Shown here: piece by piece, positions 43,765-56,224 of the stretch
Layout: every line of letters starts with the position of its first letter
How positions within the stretch are numbered: the stretch's first letter is position 1
Assembly: GCA_951406725.2 (NCBI GenBank)
Contig: OX597832.1
Coordinates: forward strand, 38,688,001 to 38,752,000
Reading direction: 5' to 3'
Source: Octopus vulgaris
Taxonomy: Eukaryota
DNA length: 64,000 bases
The notes under the pieces: generated by a model
What the model was told of the DNA's origin: nothing
The model's database searches: none
Seen by the model: only the letters and a program-made list of their open reading frames with translations
Made by a program: the position numbers and the translations under genes

Positions 43765-44078
43765 CGTTGCCCTTTTCAACCCTAGCCAGGCTCATGGGTC
43801 CTGCTTCCCGGTTTCTGTGGAGTATGTGTGTGTCCCCCTCCCCCCAGCTGGACGGGACGCCAGTCCATCGTAGAGTTACTCAAGAAACAGGAAGATAGAG
43901 TAAGAGAAAGTTGGGGCGAAAGAGTACAACAGGGGTCGCCCCCACCCCATGCCGGAGCCACGTGGAGCTTTCAGGTGTTTTCGGTCAATAAACACACACA
44001 ACGCTCGGTCTGCGAAGCGAAACCGTGATCCTACGACCGCAAGTCCGCTGCCCTAACCACTGAGCCATTGCGCCTCCA
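43765..44078 (-). mobile_element. SINE family Z variant
   Basis: Related to 7706-8012. Confidence 0.75.
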
Positions 44079-44149
44079 CACACATAAATACACACAAACA
44101 CACAAACACACACACACACACACACACATACACACACACACACACACAT

Positions 44150-44306
44150 ATCGACCCCAGTGCGTAACTGGTACTTAATTTATCGACCCCGAAAGGATGA
44201 AAGGCAAAGTCGACCTCGGCGGAATCTGAACTCGGAACGTAACGACAGATGAAATGCTGCTACGAATTTCGCCCGGCGTGCTAACGTTTCTACCAGCTCG
44301 CCGCCT
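44150..44306 (-). mobile_element. SINE family X
   Basis: Reverse match to 22544-22700. Confidence 0.85.
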
Positions 44307-44336
44307 ACATATATGTATATATGTTATGTATGTATG

Positions 44337-44369
<33 letters not shown>

Positions 44370-44764
44370 GTATGTATATATATATATATAGATACATACA
44401 CAAAGATACGTACACGCACACATAAATATATAGAGAAATACATATTTAGGGCCGGTCTGCGTTCATGTATGTGCATGTATATATGTATGTGTGTGTGTGT
44501 GTATCCATGGATGTGACAAATTCCAAGTACTTTCCATTCCACTTAGTTTTGACATTCTCTCGCTCTTTGCTTTGCCTCCTGCGCCTCCTCCTCCTCTCTC
44601 ACCCTCTCTCTCACTGCCACCCTCTTTCTCTCTCTCTCCTTCTCTCTTCCTTTCTCTTCTACAATCACTCCCTCCCCCTCTCGCTCTTTCTGTCCTTTCT
44701 ACCACTTTCCTTTCTGTTAGACAAACTGCTGTGCCGCGCCACCAGCCTCGCGTCTATCACTTAC

Positions 44765-44803
44765 ATCCCGGCTTCCGAGATCACGAGATCTAATGTCGGC
44801 CAT
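44765..44803 (-). CDS. Candidate first coding exon MADIRSRDLGSRD
   Basis: gtcATGG Kozak context, 39 nt, consensus donor GTAAGT at 44764-44759, CpG-rich unique island; no downstream exon identified. Confidence 0.35.
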
Positions 44804-45099
44804 GACAGTTTGTCTTGCTCTCACACTCTCTCCTTTCCCCCTCTCTCTCTATCTATCTATCAATCTATCTATCTATCTCTTTCTCTCTCTCTCTCACCCT
44901 CTCTCTTTCTGTCCCACTCATTTTCTCTCTCTCCCTTTTTCTGTCCCTCTCTTTCTCCCCACTCTCTCTCTCTAACACGCACGCACGTACACACACTGAA
45001 TCGGCTACTTTGCATCCTTCCCCCACGTCCTCCCCTCCTCTCTTTCTCTGTTTGTCTGAGACAACAATTATTAAATCAAGAAGAAAGATTCACGAAAGT

Positions 45100-45260
45100 C
45101 TACAGTGCTGTAGCGTAGAGCAAGACCGACGAGAAATCGACGTTCAGGAACTCCCTGCTGCGTTCGAAACCGGCTCCTAATAGACCCATTGCTACCGGAA
45201 GTCAAGGCTAGCATCAGTGACGTAGAGTCATCTTTAGGACACGTGTTCTCAGTGGGAGAT
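45100..45260 (-). promoter_or_regulatory. Candidate housekeeping-type promoter
   Basis: CCGGAAGT (ETS, 45195), TGACGT (CRE half-site, 45218) and CACGTG (E-box, 45240) clustered in CpG-rich unique DNA upstream of the candidate exon. Confidence 0.35.
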
Positions 45261-45479
45261 CGTTAGTTAAGCCAAACATGACATCTCTCCACCTCCTCCT
45301 CCCCATCCTCTCTCTCTCTCCCTCTTTCTCTCTTGCTAATATCTTTCAACCCCCTCCCCCTCCCATCGCCATCAACTCTTTCACAACTAGCGTATCTCTT
45401 ACCACCACCACTACCACCAGTGCTACCGCTGTCACCACAACAACAAAAGCAACAAACAAACTCGGCCATCAGAATCAAC

Positions 45480-45505
45480 ACAAACACCACCAACATCACC
45501 ACCAA

Positions 45506-45567
<62 letters not shown>

Positions 45568-46245
45568 CAACCAACAATAATGCAACCACTTTTACCATCA
45601 TCACCACCGCCGCCACCACTACCATCACCACCACCATCACTACAACAACCAGCAACAACCCCACTACCACCACCATAACCACCACCACTACCACCATAAC
45701 CACCACCACCACCATAACCACCACCACCACCATAACCACCACCACCACCATAACCACCACCACCACCATAACCACCACCACCACCACCACCACCATAACC
45801 ACCACCACCACTATAACCACCACCACCACCATAACCACCACCACCACCATAACCACCACCACCACCATAACCACCACCACCACCATAACCACCACCACCA
45901 CCATAACCACCACCACCACCACCACCACCATAACCACCACCACCACCATAACCACCACCACCACCATAACCACCATAACCACCACCACCACCATCACCAC
46001 CACCACCACCACCACCATATCCACCACCACCACCATAACCACCACCATATCCACCACCACCACCATAACCACCACCACCACCATATCCACCACCACCACC
46101 ATAACCACCACCACCACCACCACCACCACCACCACCATAACCACCAACCACCACCTCCACCATAACCACCACCACCACCATAACCACCACCACCACCATA
46201 ACCACCACCACCACCACCATAGCCACCATAACTACCACCACCACA
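45480..46245. repeat. (CAT)n then (CACCACCACCATAAC)-type minisatellite
   Basis: Direct inspection. Confidence 0.95.
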
Positions 46246-46284
46246 ACTGTTATTTCAACGACACAAAATACTGATTCTTATTTT

Positions 46285-46955
46285 GTGTCTGTTTCTAGTT
46301 CTTTTGCAAATAGTAGCTCTTGGAACAAATTCTTGTCTGACAAAACGAATACAGACAAGAAGCAAGCGTTTATGGTCTGGCAGAGGGACTCATCCTAACT
46401 GTAAACTAAATTCAGTCGTTCTAAGTTTGCTGCACAATATGTCCTCGATGTTTCCAGGCGTTTCCATTCACTCTTCTTTGACCAGACTTATCACTAAGAA
46501 GAATGGCTTTAATAATTTCTTCGGGTGACTTACGTACAACTCTGTGCAAAACCTCTCCTATTGCTGGCAGAATAAGCTCCTCTCCAATCGTATGAGGCTT
46601 TCCAGATCTGGCAATCAACAATGAGACGTATGATGCATGCAAACCGTCACCATCTTGTTGTAAGATGCTACCAAATATATTTCCAAAGGTCTTGCACTTC
46701 TGAAAGTTTTCTCGAAGTAACTGGAAATATGCCAAATTTTTCTTTGCTTTTGCAGGGTGTATTCTTTCAAATGTTCAAGAAGAATCCCGGAAGGTTTCAT
46801 AGATTCGTTTCATGAAAAATATTTTCTCACACAGCAGGCACAAGGTTGTTGCTGGTCATTCGGTGATGATACAAAGCCATACTTAAGATAATAACCAACG
46901 ATATTGCCTACACTTAACTTTAGCTTGCTTTGCTGCAGCCATATGTTATTCTGAA
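46285..46955 (-). mobile_element. hAT transposase remnant (Buster/Charlie, ZBED5/SCAND3-like)
   Basis: MKPS..L.EHL and ASYVSLLIARSGKPHTIGEELILPA motifs; frameshifted. Confidence 0.85.
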
Positions 46956-47669
46956 AAAAAAAAATAGTTCCTTGTAAAATATTCTTGTTTTATTTATCTG
47001 GTAGCATGCTAACTGATACTCGGATATTTTTAAGAATTTGTTTATTATTGTATTGAGAGAACCCAACTTTCGATTCAAAAGTAGAAAGACGTTATATTTA
47101 CATTCTAAAAAAACTATTTCTAGCAAATAAAATCTAGCATAAAGAATATTCGAACCACCACAAAATAACAGAAAAAAACATAAAATGTAAGAAGTACCAA
47201 TGTCTGGACTCTTGCCAGACTTTGGTAATTCTTCAAAGAATTGTGGGTGGACACTCTCATTCGCCATAATATTAAGGCGGAGATTCTGAATACGCATACC
47301 ACCGTAAATATTTCTAACGTTTTCGTCAAATTTGTCTTCAACATCGATTACGAACTGTTGGGGGGAAACAATGGAAGTATTCAAAAATTCTAGTTATCAC
47401 AGATCTTCTTCTTCAATTTAATAGACTCTTTCTGTTTCTGTTTCAGTGTACGAGACTGAATGTAACTTCAATTTTGATTTATTTTTGCAAAAATTATTTC
47501 TGATTTCTATTCTTAAAATTTCAGAGATGATGATTGCGCAAAAAGTCTAACATTTTTTTTTTTTTTTTTTTTTGCCCTTTCCTACATCGCATTTTGTCAT
47601 TGCGGAGTTTGCAACGAGTTGTAACTTTTCAAACGTCTATGAAAATTCGCAAATGATCAGAAAACATCA

Positions 47670-48130
47670 TGGAAAAACATAAAGCCACCCCCCAAATGTT
47701 ACGGTTGGTTGCATATTGTGCAAGAAATTATCCTCAGTTTTTTCAATTTGAGTTACGAAAATTATTTTAAAATTGTCTCACATTTGATTGTATTCCACAT
47801 TTCAAAAGACTCTTGGGTGGACTTTCAACCATTTTTTAAAATACATGTTTTTCAAACTAACCCACCCCTGCTCTTCACCGTGCTTTTGGAACAGCTGCCA
47901 TCATCAAAAATATTGTTACACCCTATGCGGCCTCCCCGAAACCATCTACAGTCTGTGTCCAAAAGCTCAGAAGACGGTGTAGGCGAGCTCAGCAAACAAA
48001 CTTGCTCAGAGCAGAAGAAGCAGTAGTCAAAGAAGCCAGAAGAGCTGAAAATAACAAAACCGTTGAGCATAACCAAAATACAAGAACTTTAATTAAGAGG
48101 CCAATAACATTTATGGAATAAATAAATTTC
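47670..48130 (-). mobile_element. Tc1-like transposase remnant
   Basis: Minus strand SGRPHRV (HTH linker) and MQPTVTFGG (Tc1 TVKxGGG motif) in broken frames. Confidence 0.55.
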
Positions 48131-48224
48131 TTTAGAGAGTTTTTGGAGAGTTCTTTCATTTGCCTCTGAAATGTGTAGAATTATTTTGGTGAGTTATCTT
48201 TTATTCAATAGTCTAATGATTATT

Positions 48225-49488
48225 TTAAAATTTAAATTTTTTAAAAGGTTTAATAAAAAAAATAGCAACTAACCAATCAATAATGTATTCACCCTTGTTG
48301 TTTACAATTTCTTCCCAACGTTCAACAAGATTTTCAATACCTCGTTGGTAGAAATCATCCGATTTCGACTCGAAAAATTGATCCAACCAATCTCTCAATA
48401 CTGCATCAGTATTGAACGAAACTCCGCGCATAGCATTTGAAAGAGATCGAAAGAGGTGGAAATCCTTTGGTGCCAAATCAGGAGAGTACGACAGGTGTGG
48501 CAGCACATCTAAGCCACGTGTTTGAATGGCTTCCTTGGTCATATTGGCGATATGAGGGCGGGCGTTGTCATGCAGCAGAACTCCATGCTGCCAATTAGGT
48601 CTTTTCTCTTGAATAGCCGTGTTCAGTCGTTCCATCTGTTGAACATAGAGTCCCAAGTTGACCGCTCGGTTCCGTTAAAGCAATTTGTAATGGATAATCC
48701 CTTCCCAGTCCCACCACTCGCACAACATCGTTTTACGCGGATGAAGATCTTGTTTCACGCGCGGTGTCGCTTGTTTACCGGGGCTAAACCATTCTTTACG
48801 CTGCTTCATATTGATATACAGGCACCATTTTTCGTCGCCAGTAACGATTCGATAGAGAAATCGTTGCTTGTGTCCATGAGTTGAGCGGTAACGAGCAAGC
48901 AAACCAGTGGAGATTGTGGCTCGTTGATTTTTGTTTTTGTCACTTAAAGCATGCGGAACCCATGCTCTATACTTCTGAACATTTCCTATCGAGTGAAGAT
49001 GCTTCTCTGTAGCAGTGTGGGAGCATTCCATTTTCTATGCCAGTTCCATTGTCGTTTGACGAAAATTTTCGTGCAAAAGTTGGTTTAATCGCTCTTCATC
49101 AAATTCAACTGAACGGCCCGAACGAGTTGCGTCTTTGAGATCGAAATTTCCATTTTCGAACTTGGTATACCAATCAGGGGCGGTTCTTTCAGCTATGGTT
49201 CTTTCAGCTCTCCATGCACAGCACAAATGTGGCGAGCAGCTTTTGCGGCCTTAGAACTTTGATTAAAAGAAAAAAGAAAAAGTGTTGAAAATGCTCGCTT
49301 TTCTTAAACTGACATTCCATTTTAATGATCTGAAAATAAACAAAAATTAACTAAAATTAACAAGAAATAAAAGATTCCAAAATGATTACAAAATAGAATA
49401 CTCGAAAAAGAATATATACCAAAATTTAAAAACGCAATATATTCCAAAATTCAAAAAAAACCGCCAGGAACTTAGTTATCAACACAAT
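48225..49488 (-). mobile_element. mariner transposon (same family as 14112), near-complete pseudogene, 3' TIR lost
   Basis: 5' TIR at 49453-49488; RSGR, WVPHAL, TGDEKW, HDNARPH and YSPDLAPKDFHLF motifs. Confidence 0.95.
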
Positions 49489-49525
49489 ATAAATAAATAT
49501 ATATATATACATACATATGTGTGTG

Positions 49526-49600
<75 letters not shown>

Positions 49601-49639
49601 AATAAAAAGAATGGAGTCGAACGACGATTTAACAAAATT

Positions 49640-49734
49640 CCTTTATTCTCGACACATGTTTCGAAGACTGCATATTCTTAATTCCGAAGGAATAAAGGGT
49701 GCATTATGCCGTCTTCTCATCAGGAAAGACAAGG
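49640..49734 (-). ncRNA. Type I hammerhead (mirror copy)
   Basis: Exact reverse complement of 49862-49956. Confidence 0.8.
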
Positions 49735-49861
49735 AACTTATGTCAGCATCATGACGAACAAAAACTTTTAGATGACTGCCCACACGGAGTCCATAGTGAT
49801 AATGGACTCCGTGTGGGCAGTCATCTAAAAGTTTTTGTTCGTCATGATGCTGACATAAGTT

Positions 49862-49956
49862 CCTTGTCTTTCCTGATGAGAAGACGGCATAATGCACCCT
49901 TTATTCCTTCGGAATTAAGAATATGCAGTCTTCGAAACATGTGTCGAGAATAAAGG
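49862..49956 (+). ncRNA. Type I hammerhead with long stem II (GUC site, 49945)
   Basis: ccttgtctttc-CTGATGA-gaagac g gcata...tatgc a gtcttc-GAAA-catgtg-TC/gagaataaagg. Confidence 0.8.
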
Positions 49957-50146
49957 AATTTTGTTAAATCATCTTTCGCCTCCATTCTTTCATTTATCTA
50001 TAGTAAAAAAAACACACAAATTTCCACACGAAACCACGTGATTTCTGTCCTTGGCATGTAGCTTCAACCGTGTTTTCTGACGTGAATTTGCTACCCGGGT
50101 ATCAGTTAACCGAATTATCCATACTAGGATAATTCATTCAACTACT

Positions 50147-50230
<84 letters not shown>

Positions 50231-50285
50231 AATATATATATATACATATAAGTTTATACATACATACATACATACATATATATAC

Positions 50286-50357
<72 letters not shown>

Positions 50358-50501
50358 GTATGTATATGCATATATGGGTACAGGACGTCAAAAAACGTAA
50401 ACAACAGGAAATACGAAAACAATATGAAATACGAAGACAAACTTTTGTATGCAAACAACGAGAGAAACAAATTAAGAAGAAGAAAAGTAATATAAAGAGC
50501 G

Positions 50502-50579
50502 ACCCTTCATCAGTTGTCGGCTGTTCATCTACTCCACATTTCGAGCAATTCACAACAATATGAACCTTTGTAAAAACAG
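50502..50579 (-). ncRNA. Non-circularly permuted hammerhead (AUA site, 50559) in element ~50365-50625
   Basis: Minus: ctgttt..cat-A-ttgttg..gctc-GAAA-tg..gaacag-c-cgacaa-CTGATGA-a-gggt. Confidence 0.7.
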
Positions 50580-50666
50580 TTGCTCCCGCGAACCAAAATA
50601 AACTTTGGGATTTGCAGAGGATCAAAGTTGGTGGCAAAAACAGAAGAGTAGAGACATGCAACAAAC

Positions 50667-50709
<43 letters not shown>

Positions 50710-51202
50710 AGAAGAATATTTGTAAAAAGAGAACATTACTATTTTCTAAAGCTGATAGCCCAGTTTTGCTTCATCTTAACTGTAAATTTGCATTCACCGA
50801 CGCTTCAATATTCTAAGGGACATAACTCCTTTCAGATTTTTAAAATACTATTTAAGGGAAGTAACTTAAATTAAATTTTCTTTTTTTTTTTGTTTATTAC
50901 TGCAATGTAGTATGAAGCTTCCAGCGAACTAAACAACGCGGTTTCGGTTCACGTTATGTATTCGGTACATTTCCTGTACGTTGATAATACTGTTCGGACA
51001 GGCTCACTCCCACCTTGTAAGTTCTCCTACTTTATACAACCGCCATTATAACATCATCGCCATGGCACTTAATATCACGTAACATCGCTACAACTTCGCT
51101 TACTTTCACTTTCATCACTTAAAACACATTTTTTCCCAATTGATGCTCATTCGTAATCCAACTATGTTAATAATCATACATGAAGAAGGCAAGTTAACTT
51201 CG

Positions 51203-51699
51203 ATATATGCATATGTGGGCACAGCACGTCACTCTCTGTCCTTTACTCCGCTACCCTTTCTCACATGGCTCCCACGTGACCATCGTAATTTGTTTCTTTC
51301 TCTCCGTTGTAGCTGGAACAAGAAAGACGTGTTGTTGTTTGTCTCCTGTCCAAGCTTGATTTACGCGTTCATCACCACAACCTCACTTAGGCTTAGCAGC
51401 CCTTCTTGTTTGTTTTCACTGTCCTGTTTGTGATACCAATTTTGACCCTCCGCAAAATCCCAAATTTCATTTAATTTGCTCTGCGGGAGCAACTGTTTTA
51501 TCAAAAGTGTATATTGTTGTTAAATGCTCGAAATACGAGAGTAGAAAAACAGCCAACAACTGACGAAGGGTCGTTCTTTATGTTACTTGTTTTGTTTCCC
51601 ATTTGTGTCTTTCGTTGTTCGAAAGAATAGTTCATGTTCCATGTACTCGTGCTTCATATTGTTTGTTTTACTAGTTTCGTGACGTCCTGTGCCCACATA

Positions 51700-51708
<9 letters not shown>
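51203..51708 (+). mobile_element. Permuted-hammerhead element with 30-bp inverted termini
   Basis: 51203-51232 is the reverse complement of 51679-51708 with 1 mismatch; (TA)n on the right. Confidence 0.75.
51493..51571 (+). ncRNA. Non-circularly permuted hammerhead (AUA site, 51513), fully paired copy
   Basis: Extra helix ctgtttt/aaaacag; III tgtat/GAAAtacg; I ttgttg/caacaa-CTGACGA; II gggt/gctc. Confidence 0.75.
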
Positions 51709-51735
<27 letters not shown>

Positions 51736-51808
51736 TTATATTATTATATGATTGAACGCCACGCATCCTCTCCCAAGTAAGTTTTATCTTAATGATATTA
51801 TATTATAT

Positions 51809-51949
<141 letters not shown>

Positions 51950-52626
51950 ACGACGGGCTTTTTCTGTCAACCAAATCTACTTACAAGGCTATAGTATGAG
52001 ACACTTGCCCAAGGTTTCCCCCGCCCGACACACACACACACATAAATTTGCGCCCCGCTGCTAAACTATGACAGACTATGACAGAAAGATGTTTCATAGT
52101 CTTTATATAAACTATAGAGAAACTTTAAATATTCGGCAAAACTAAAAAATAAAAAAAAAATTTTAAAAGCTATAGATGTAAGGGAAGTAATTCAATTTCA
52201 TAACTGAACAGTAGCTTCCCTTGGAAAATTTTGTGTTTGTTCCTCCTTCCTCAAAAATTTTTCAGGAGAGTTGAGTATTAAACGCAATTTCATATTGAAG
52301 TGAACCCAAAACCTGAACGACGAAGGATAGAAAAGCTCATCTCAAAGAATATGGAATCATATTACAACCGAATTAATGCCTTTAAAATTATTTTAAAACA
52401 CTTATTCCCGGCCGCAGATTTTGTGTTTAATTGTGGAGATTCTAATAGACGCAGGTTTGACTATGTGGTAGGAAGCTTGCTGCCCAACCCCAAGGTTATG
52501 GTACCATCCCACTATTTAGCACCTCATGCAAGTGTTTTGTACTACAGCTTCTCACGCACCAAAGCCTCAGGAGCGGATTTGGTTGAGAAAACTGTAGGAG
52601 GTCGGTCGTACACCCACAACACACCT

Positions 52627-53155
52627 ATGTATGTATGTATGTATGTATGTATGTATGTATGTATGTATGTATGTATGTATGTATGTATGTATGTATGTAT
52701 GTATGTATGAACGAATGACTGAATTTATGTATGTATGTATGTATGTATGCATGTATGTATGTATGCATGTATGTATGTATGTATGTATGTATGTACGTAT
52801 GTATGTATGTATGTATGTATGAACGAATGACTGAATTTATGTATGTATGTATGTATGTATGCATGTATGTATGTATGCATGTATGTATGTATGTATGTAC
52901 GTATGTATGTATGTATGTATGTATGAACGAACGAATGACTGAATTTATGTATGTATGTATGTATGTATGTATGAATGTGTGTATGTGTGTATGTATGTAT
53001 GTATGTACGTATGTATGTATGTATGTATGTATGAACGAATGACTGAATTTATGTATGTATGTATGTATGTATGTATGTATGAATGTATGTATGTACGAAT
53101 GAATGTATGTATGTATGTATGTATGTATGTATGTTTGTGTATATGTGTGTGTGTG
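52627..53155. repeat. (TATG)n with a ~110-bp higher-order unit
   Basis: Spacer gaacgaatgactgaattta recurs four times. Confidence 0.9.
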
Positions 53156-54003
53156 ATTTTTCAGTTTTATTTCAAGATTTCTTGCCAATCGAGAAAGAGT
53201 CGGTTTCGAACCTAGATCCAAGGCCCCTTTATTGGAATTTCAACATCACCAACAGGGTACTTTTGCTTGTATGTTTTGCTTCATGTATGTACTCTCATGC
53301 GTATAGTTGCATATCTAGACATGCTCATATAAATTTTAATGATAAACCTCTGGAAAGTTTTACAGATTTTTACAGTTCCAGTATTGGATTGGATACGTAG
53401 TCTTCGAATTAGCCTTCTCTTTTCTGGTTTTGAGTAGCCTAATTTCTCAAGATTGGAACTTAGTCTGTACAAATCCCAGGTCCCCAATAATTGCATGTAT
53501 AAACCTAAACTTGTAATCTGGATAGAGTAACTGCAAATTTCTCAATAGTTCGACGTAGGTATTCACTTTTTCACTGATCTTCAGCTTTATGTTAACATAC
53601 ACTGGGCAGCTAATTTCCACCACTGTACACAGTTTCTCTTCTCTATCCCAAATCATTATATCACGTCTGTTGTGTTTACATTTTATTGAGGTCTTCACTG
53701 GGACATTCTACCAGTACTCCTTTTTTTTATTATGAGTGGCTATGGTTTCTACTATACTGTGGGTTATAATTTTTTGTCCTCGAGGTTATCCTTCATAAGG
53801 ATTTCATTATAGAGTGTCCTAGCTACAAAATCATGTCTCATTGATAGATAATGCCGTGATGACATTTTCGGACAACTGCTTATGATGCGGGTGATGTCTT
53901 CAGTGTGAACTCTACAAAGTCTGCGTCGGTTGTCACTCTTTACTGCTTCTCCGGCATCTCTGTCCCTTTTGTGCATCAGGTACTTGGTTGATATTTCCTG
54001 TTC
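53156..54003 (-). mobile_element. 3' end of a restriction-like-endonuclease non-LTR retrotransposon (R4/Dong-like), degraded
   Basis: RLC..EDIT.I.S.C knuckle remnant, RHD, HNR(R)DIMIWD..VEISCP motifs, then a 3' UTR. Confidence 0.85.
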
Positions 54004-54084
54004 CCGTTTGGAAGCAAGCTTCTAACCACACACACGATGTATGTATGTATGTATGTATGTATGTATGTATGTATGTATGTCCGG

Positions 54085-55070
54085 CGAATATGGCGGGGCA
54101 TCGTTTCCAATTCAAACTGCTCCAGCATTTGGAATGTCCTCGCTCTATGTAGCCGAGTATTATTCTAATGGAAGGACACCTTTCCTCTTGAAACCAAAGA
54201 TGCTTCTAGCGCTGACTTGAGCCGCTCAAACTGCTCGCAACAGATCTTTGTTACCGTTTGGTTTGGGTTTAAAAGTTCAAAGTAGACTAAACCTTTCATA
54301 TCCCACCAAACAGATAACAACACTTTAGGTGCGTGAAGACCTTCATTAGCCTGGAGTGCCGGTGTTTCTCATTTCCCTATCCACTGTCTGTGGCGTTTGG
54401 CATTTTCCAAGAAAATCCATTTCTCGTCACTAGTCACTGTTCGGTCCCAAAAAGATTCGTTCGTGAGACGTGGCAGTAAAGAAGATCATACATTCACTCT
54501 CTGCACGCGATTATACTCAGAAAGTTTGTGAGGAATCCATTGACCCAATTTGCTGACTCTTCCGATGACACGCAGGTGTCAGTGAATGCTCGAATGACCG
54601 AATTCAAGCTTCTCCACTTGTTCGTCAACAGTTACGATGGGATTTTGTTCCACAAGGTTTTTTATGACGTCCTCGTCGAGCTCTACAGATCTTCCAGGAC
54701 GGGGCTCGTCTTCTAGGCTGTAGTTTCCGGTTCGGAATCTCTGGAACCACTGCTGACATCGGCTTATGTTTATTATCCGATCCTCATCTACCGCATTAAT
54801 ATTCTTCGCACTTTCCGTTGCGTTGTTGCCTTTATTGACATCATAAAGCAAAATATGTCGAACATGTTCCTTTGTCACTTCCATTTATATCTTTGAAAAA
54901 TAACTGTTAAAATCGAAATGAACTCTTCAAAACTTTTACCTTGTCCTAAGAATTAGGACAAGGTAAAATTACTACCTGCTTTTATAGCAAGTTGATGCAG
55001 GTAGTTTATACCATCCTCCTCCGACTTTTAGTTCATGCAATTAAAAATATCGCATTATTTATGGGATGTT
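54085..55070 (-). mobile_element. mariner transposon (second subfamily), degraded
   Basis: MEVTKEHVRHILLY..WFQRFRTGNYSLEDEPRPGR HTH region; VTSDEKW; TIR-like end at ~55045-55068. Confidence 0.9.
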
Positions 55071-55116
55071 GTTATATATGCATAATTCTTGTTTGTTTCT
55101 TAGTATACATTCGCCC

Positions 55117-55186
55117 CCAAAATTGAGTGGTCTCAATGATAATGGCGCGAAATCATTATGATATTTTGGCTCATTGACTGACGAGG
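55117..55186 (+). ncRNA. Non-circularly permuted hammerhead, sequence-divergent subfamily (GUC site, 55132)
   Basis: Extra helix ccaaaat/attttgg; III agtggt/GAAAtcatt; I tcaatga/tcattga-CTGACGA; stem II only G10.1-C11.1. Confidence 0.65.
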
Positions 55187-55596
55187 AAAACTCAGCTGCG
55201 AATATTCCGTGTATTGTGTCTTTGTCTAAATTTCCCGTCCGTTAAGATTTCGTTTACTTTCCCGTTTGCTCTGCTTTCGTCTAACTTTTTCTCCTTGTGT
55301 TCTTTCTGTTCAACCCCCGATACTTCCATGTAGAGCAATGCACACTCTGTTTGTTTAGTTTATTATAAAAGATATTCCTTGAATATTTATTGTGAGACTC
55401 TTAACTCTCTCTACTATATATATTTGCCACACTGGACGAGTAATGCAATATAACAGATACAGGTTCTGTCGTTAACCAGCTGGAAAAGATGCATTATTCT
55501 GAATGGAAGAGCCTCGTAAAAGTGGCAACAATCGGTACTGTTTAGTACTGTTACTACGTGAATTTCTATCAGAGATTTTAAAACCAGCTACTTTAG

Positions 55597-55644
<48 letters not shown>

Positions 55645-55848
55645 TTCGTCGTCTAGGCTTATAGGCCCTCATTATTTGTTTTCCTGTCCTGTTTCTATTC
55701 CTTCTCGTACTGTATGTTTTGTAATTGTATTTTTATTTTGTATTTGTTTTTAATTGTATTGCTTTTACGTCCTGTTTTTGTCACATTTTTGTTCCTTGTT
55801 TTTACCCCTCTGCAAAGGAATTTTATTTAATTCTTTCGCAGGAAGGAT

Positions 55849-55921
55849 TAGTCGACGAGACGTGTTCTGTCCTCACCTTCGAAACACGCTGGAGTTGAAC
55901 TAGGGACAGCTGATGAAGGGG
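55849..55921 (+). ncRNA. Non-circularly permuted hammerhead (GUU site, 55866) in (TA)n-flanked element 55640-56160
   Basis: Extra helix tagtcgac/gttgaacta; III cgtgt/GAAAcacg; I ctgtcc/ggacag-CTGATGA; II gggg/cttc. Confidence 0.7.
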
Positions 55922-56046
55922 ATTTTTCCTTGTGTAGTTGTCTTGTACTCTGTTTTTTCGTTGTTAAAAAATGGTCCGTTCCATGCTGTTTTTACTTTTT
56001 CGTTCCTCGTTGAGTTCTACGTCTATTTGTGGTGTCCTGTACACAC

Positions 56047-56081
<35 letters not shown>

Positions 56082-56159
56082 TATATATGCATGTATATAT
56101 ACATGTAGATGTAGGTACGTACATATATGTTTGTATGTATGCATATATTTTATTTATTA

Positions 56160-56224
<65 letters not shown>

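Larger units (their letters stand above)
49598..49997. repeat. Long inverted repeat: perfect 169-bp arms (49626-49794 / 49802-49970) with a 7-nt spacer
   Basis: Read directly; it also produces mirror ORFs on both strands. Confidence 0.95.

Noticed and set aside
45432-46244. GGGGY-rich ORF resembling glycine/tyrosine-rich structural proteins
   Set aside because: It comes from a GGT/GGTTAT minisatellite, with no real start, signal peptide or clear splice context
49643-49953. Mirror 84-aa ORFs on both strands
   Set aside because: A consequence of the palindrome; no protein motif
52700-53050. CRISPR-like regularly spaced repeat
   Set aside because: Eukaryotic context, intervening sequence is (TATG)n rather than unique spacers, and there are no cas genes
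55425-55530. Nested stems (gccac/gtggc, cgag/ctcg, taatgca/tgcatta), considered as a twister-like ribozyme
   Set aside because: Twister conserved nucleotides and pseudoknots could not be assigned
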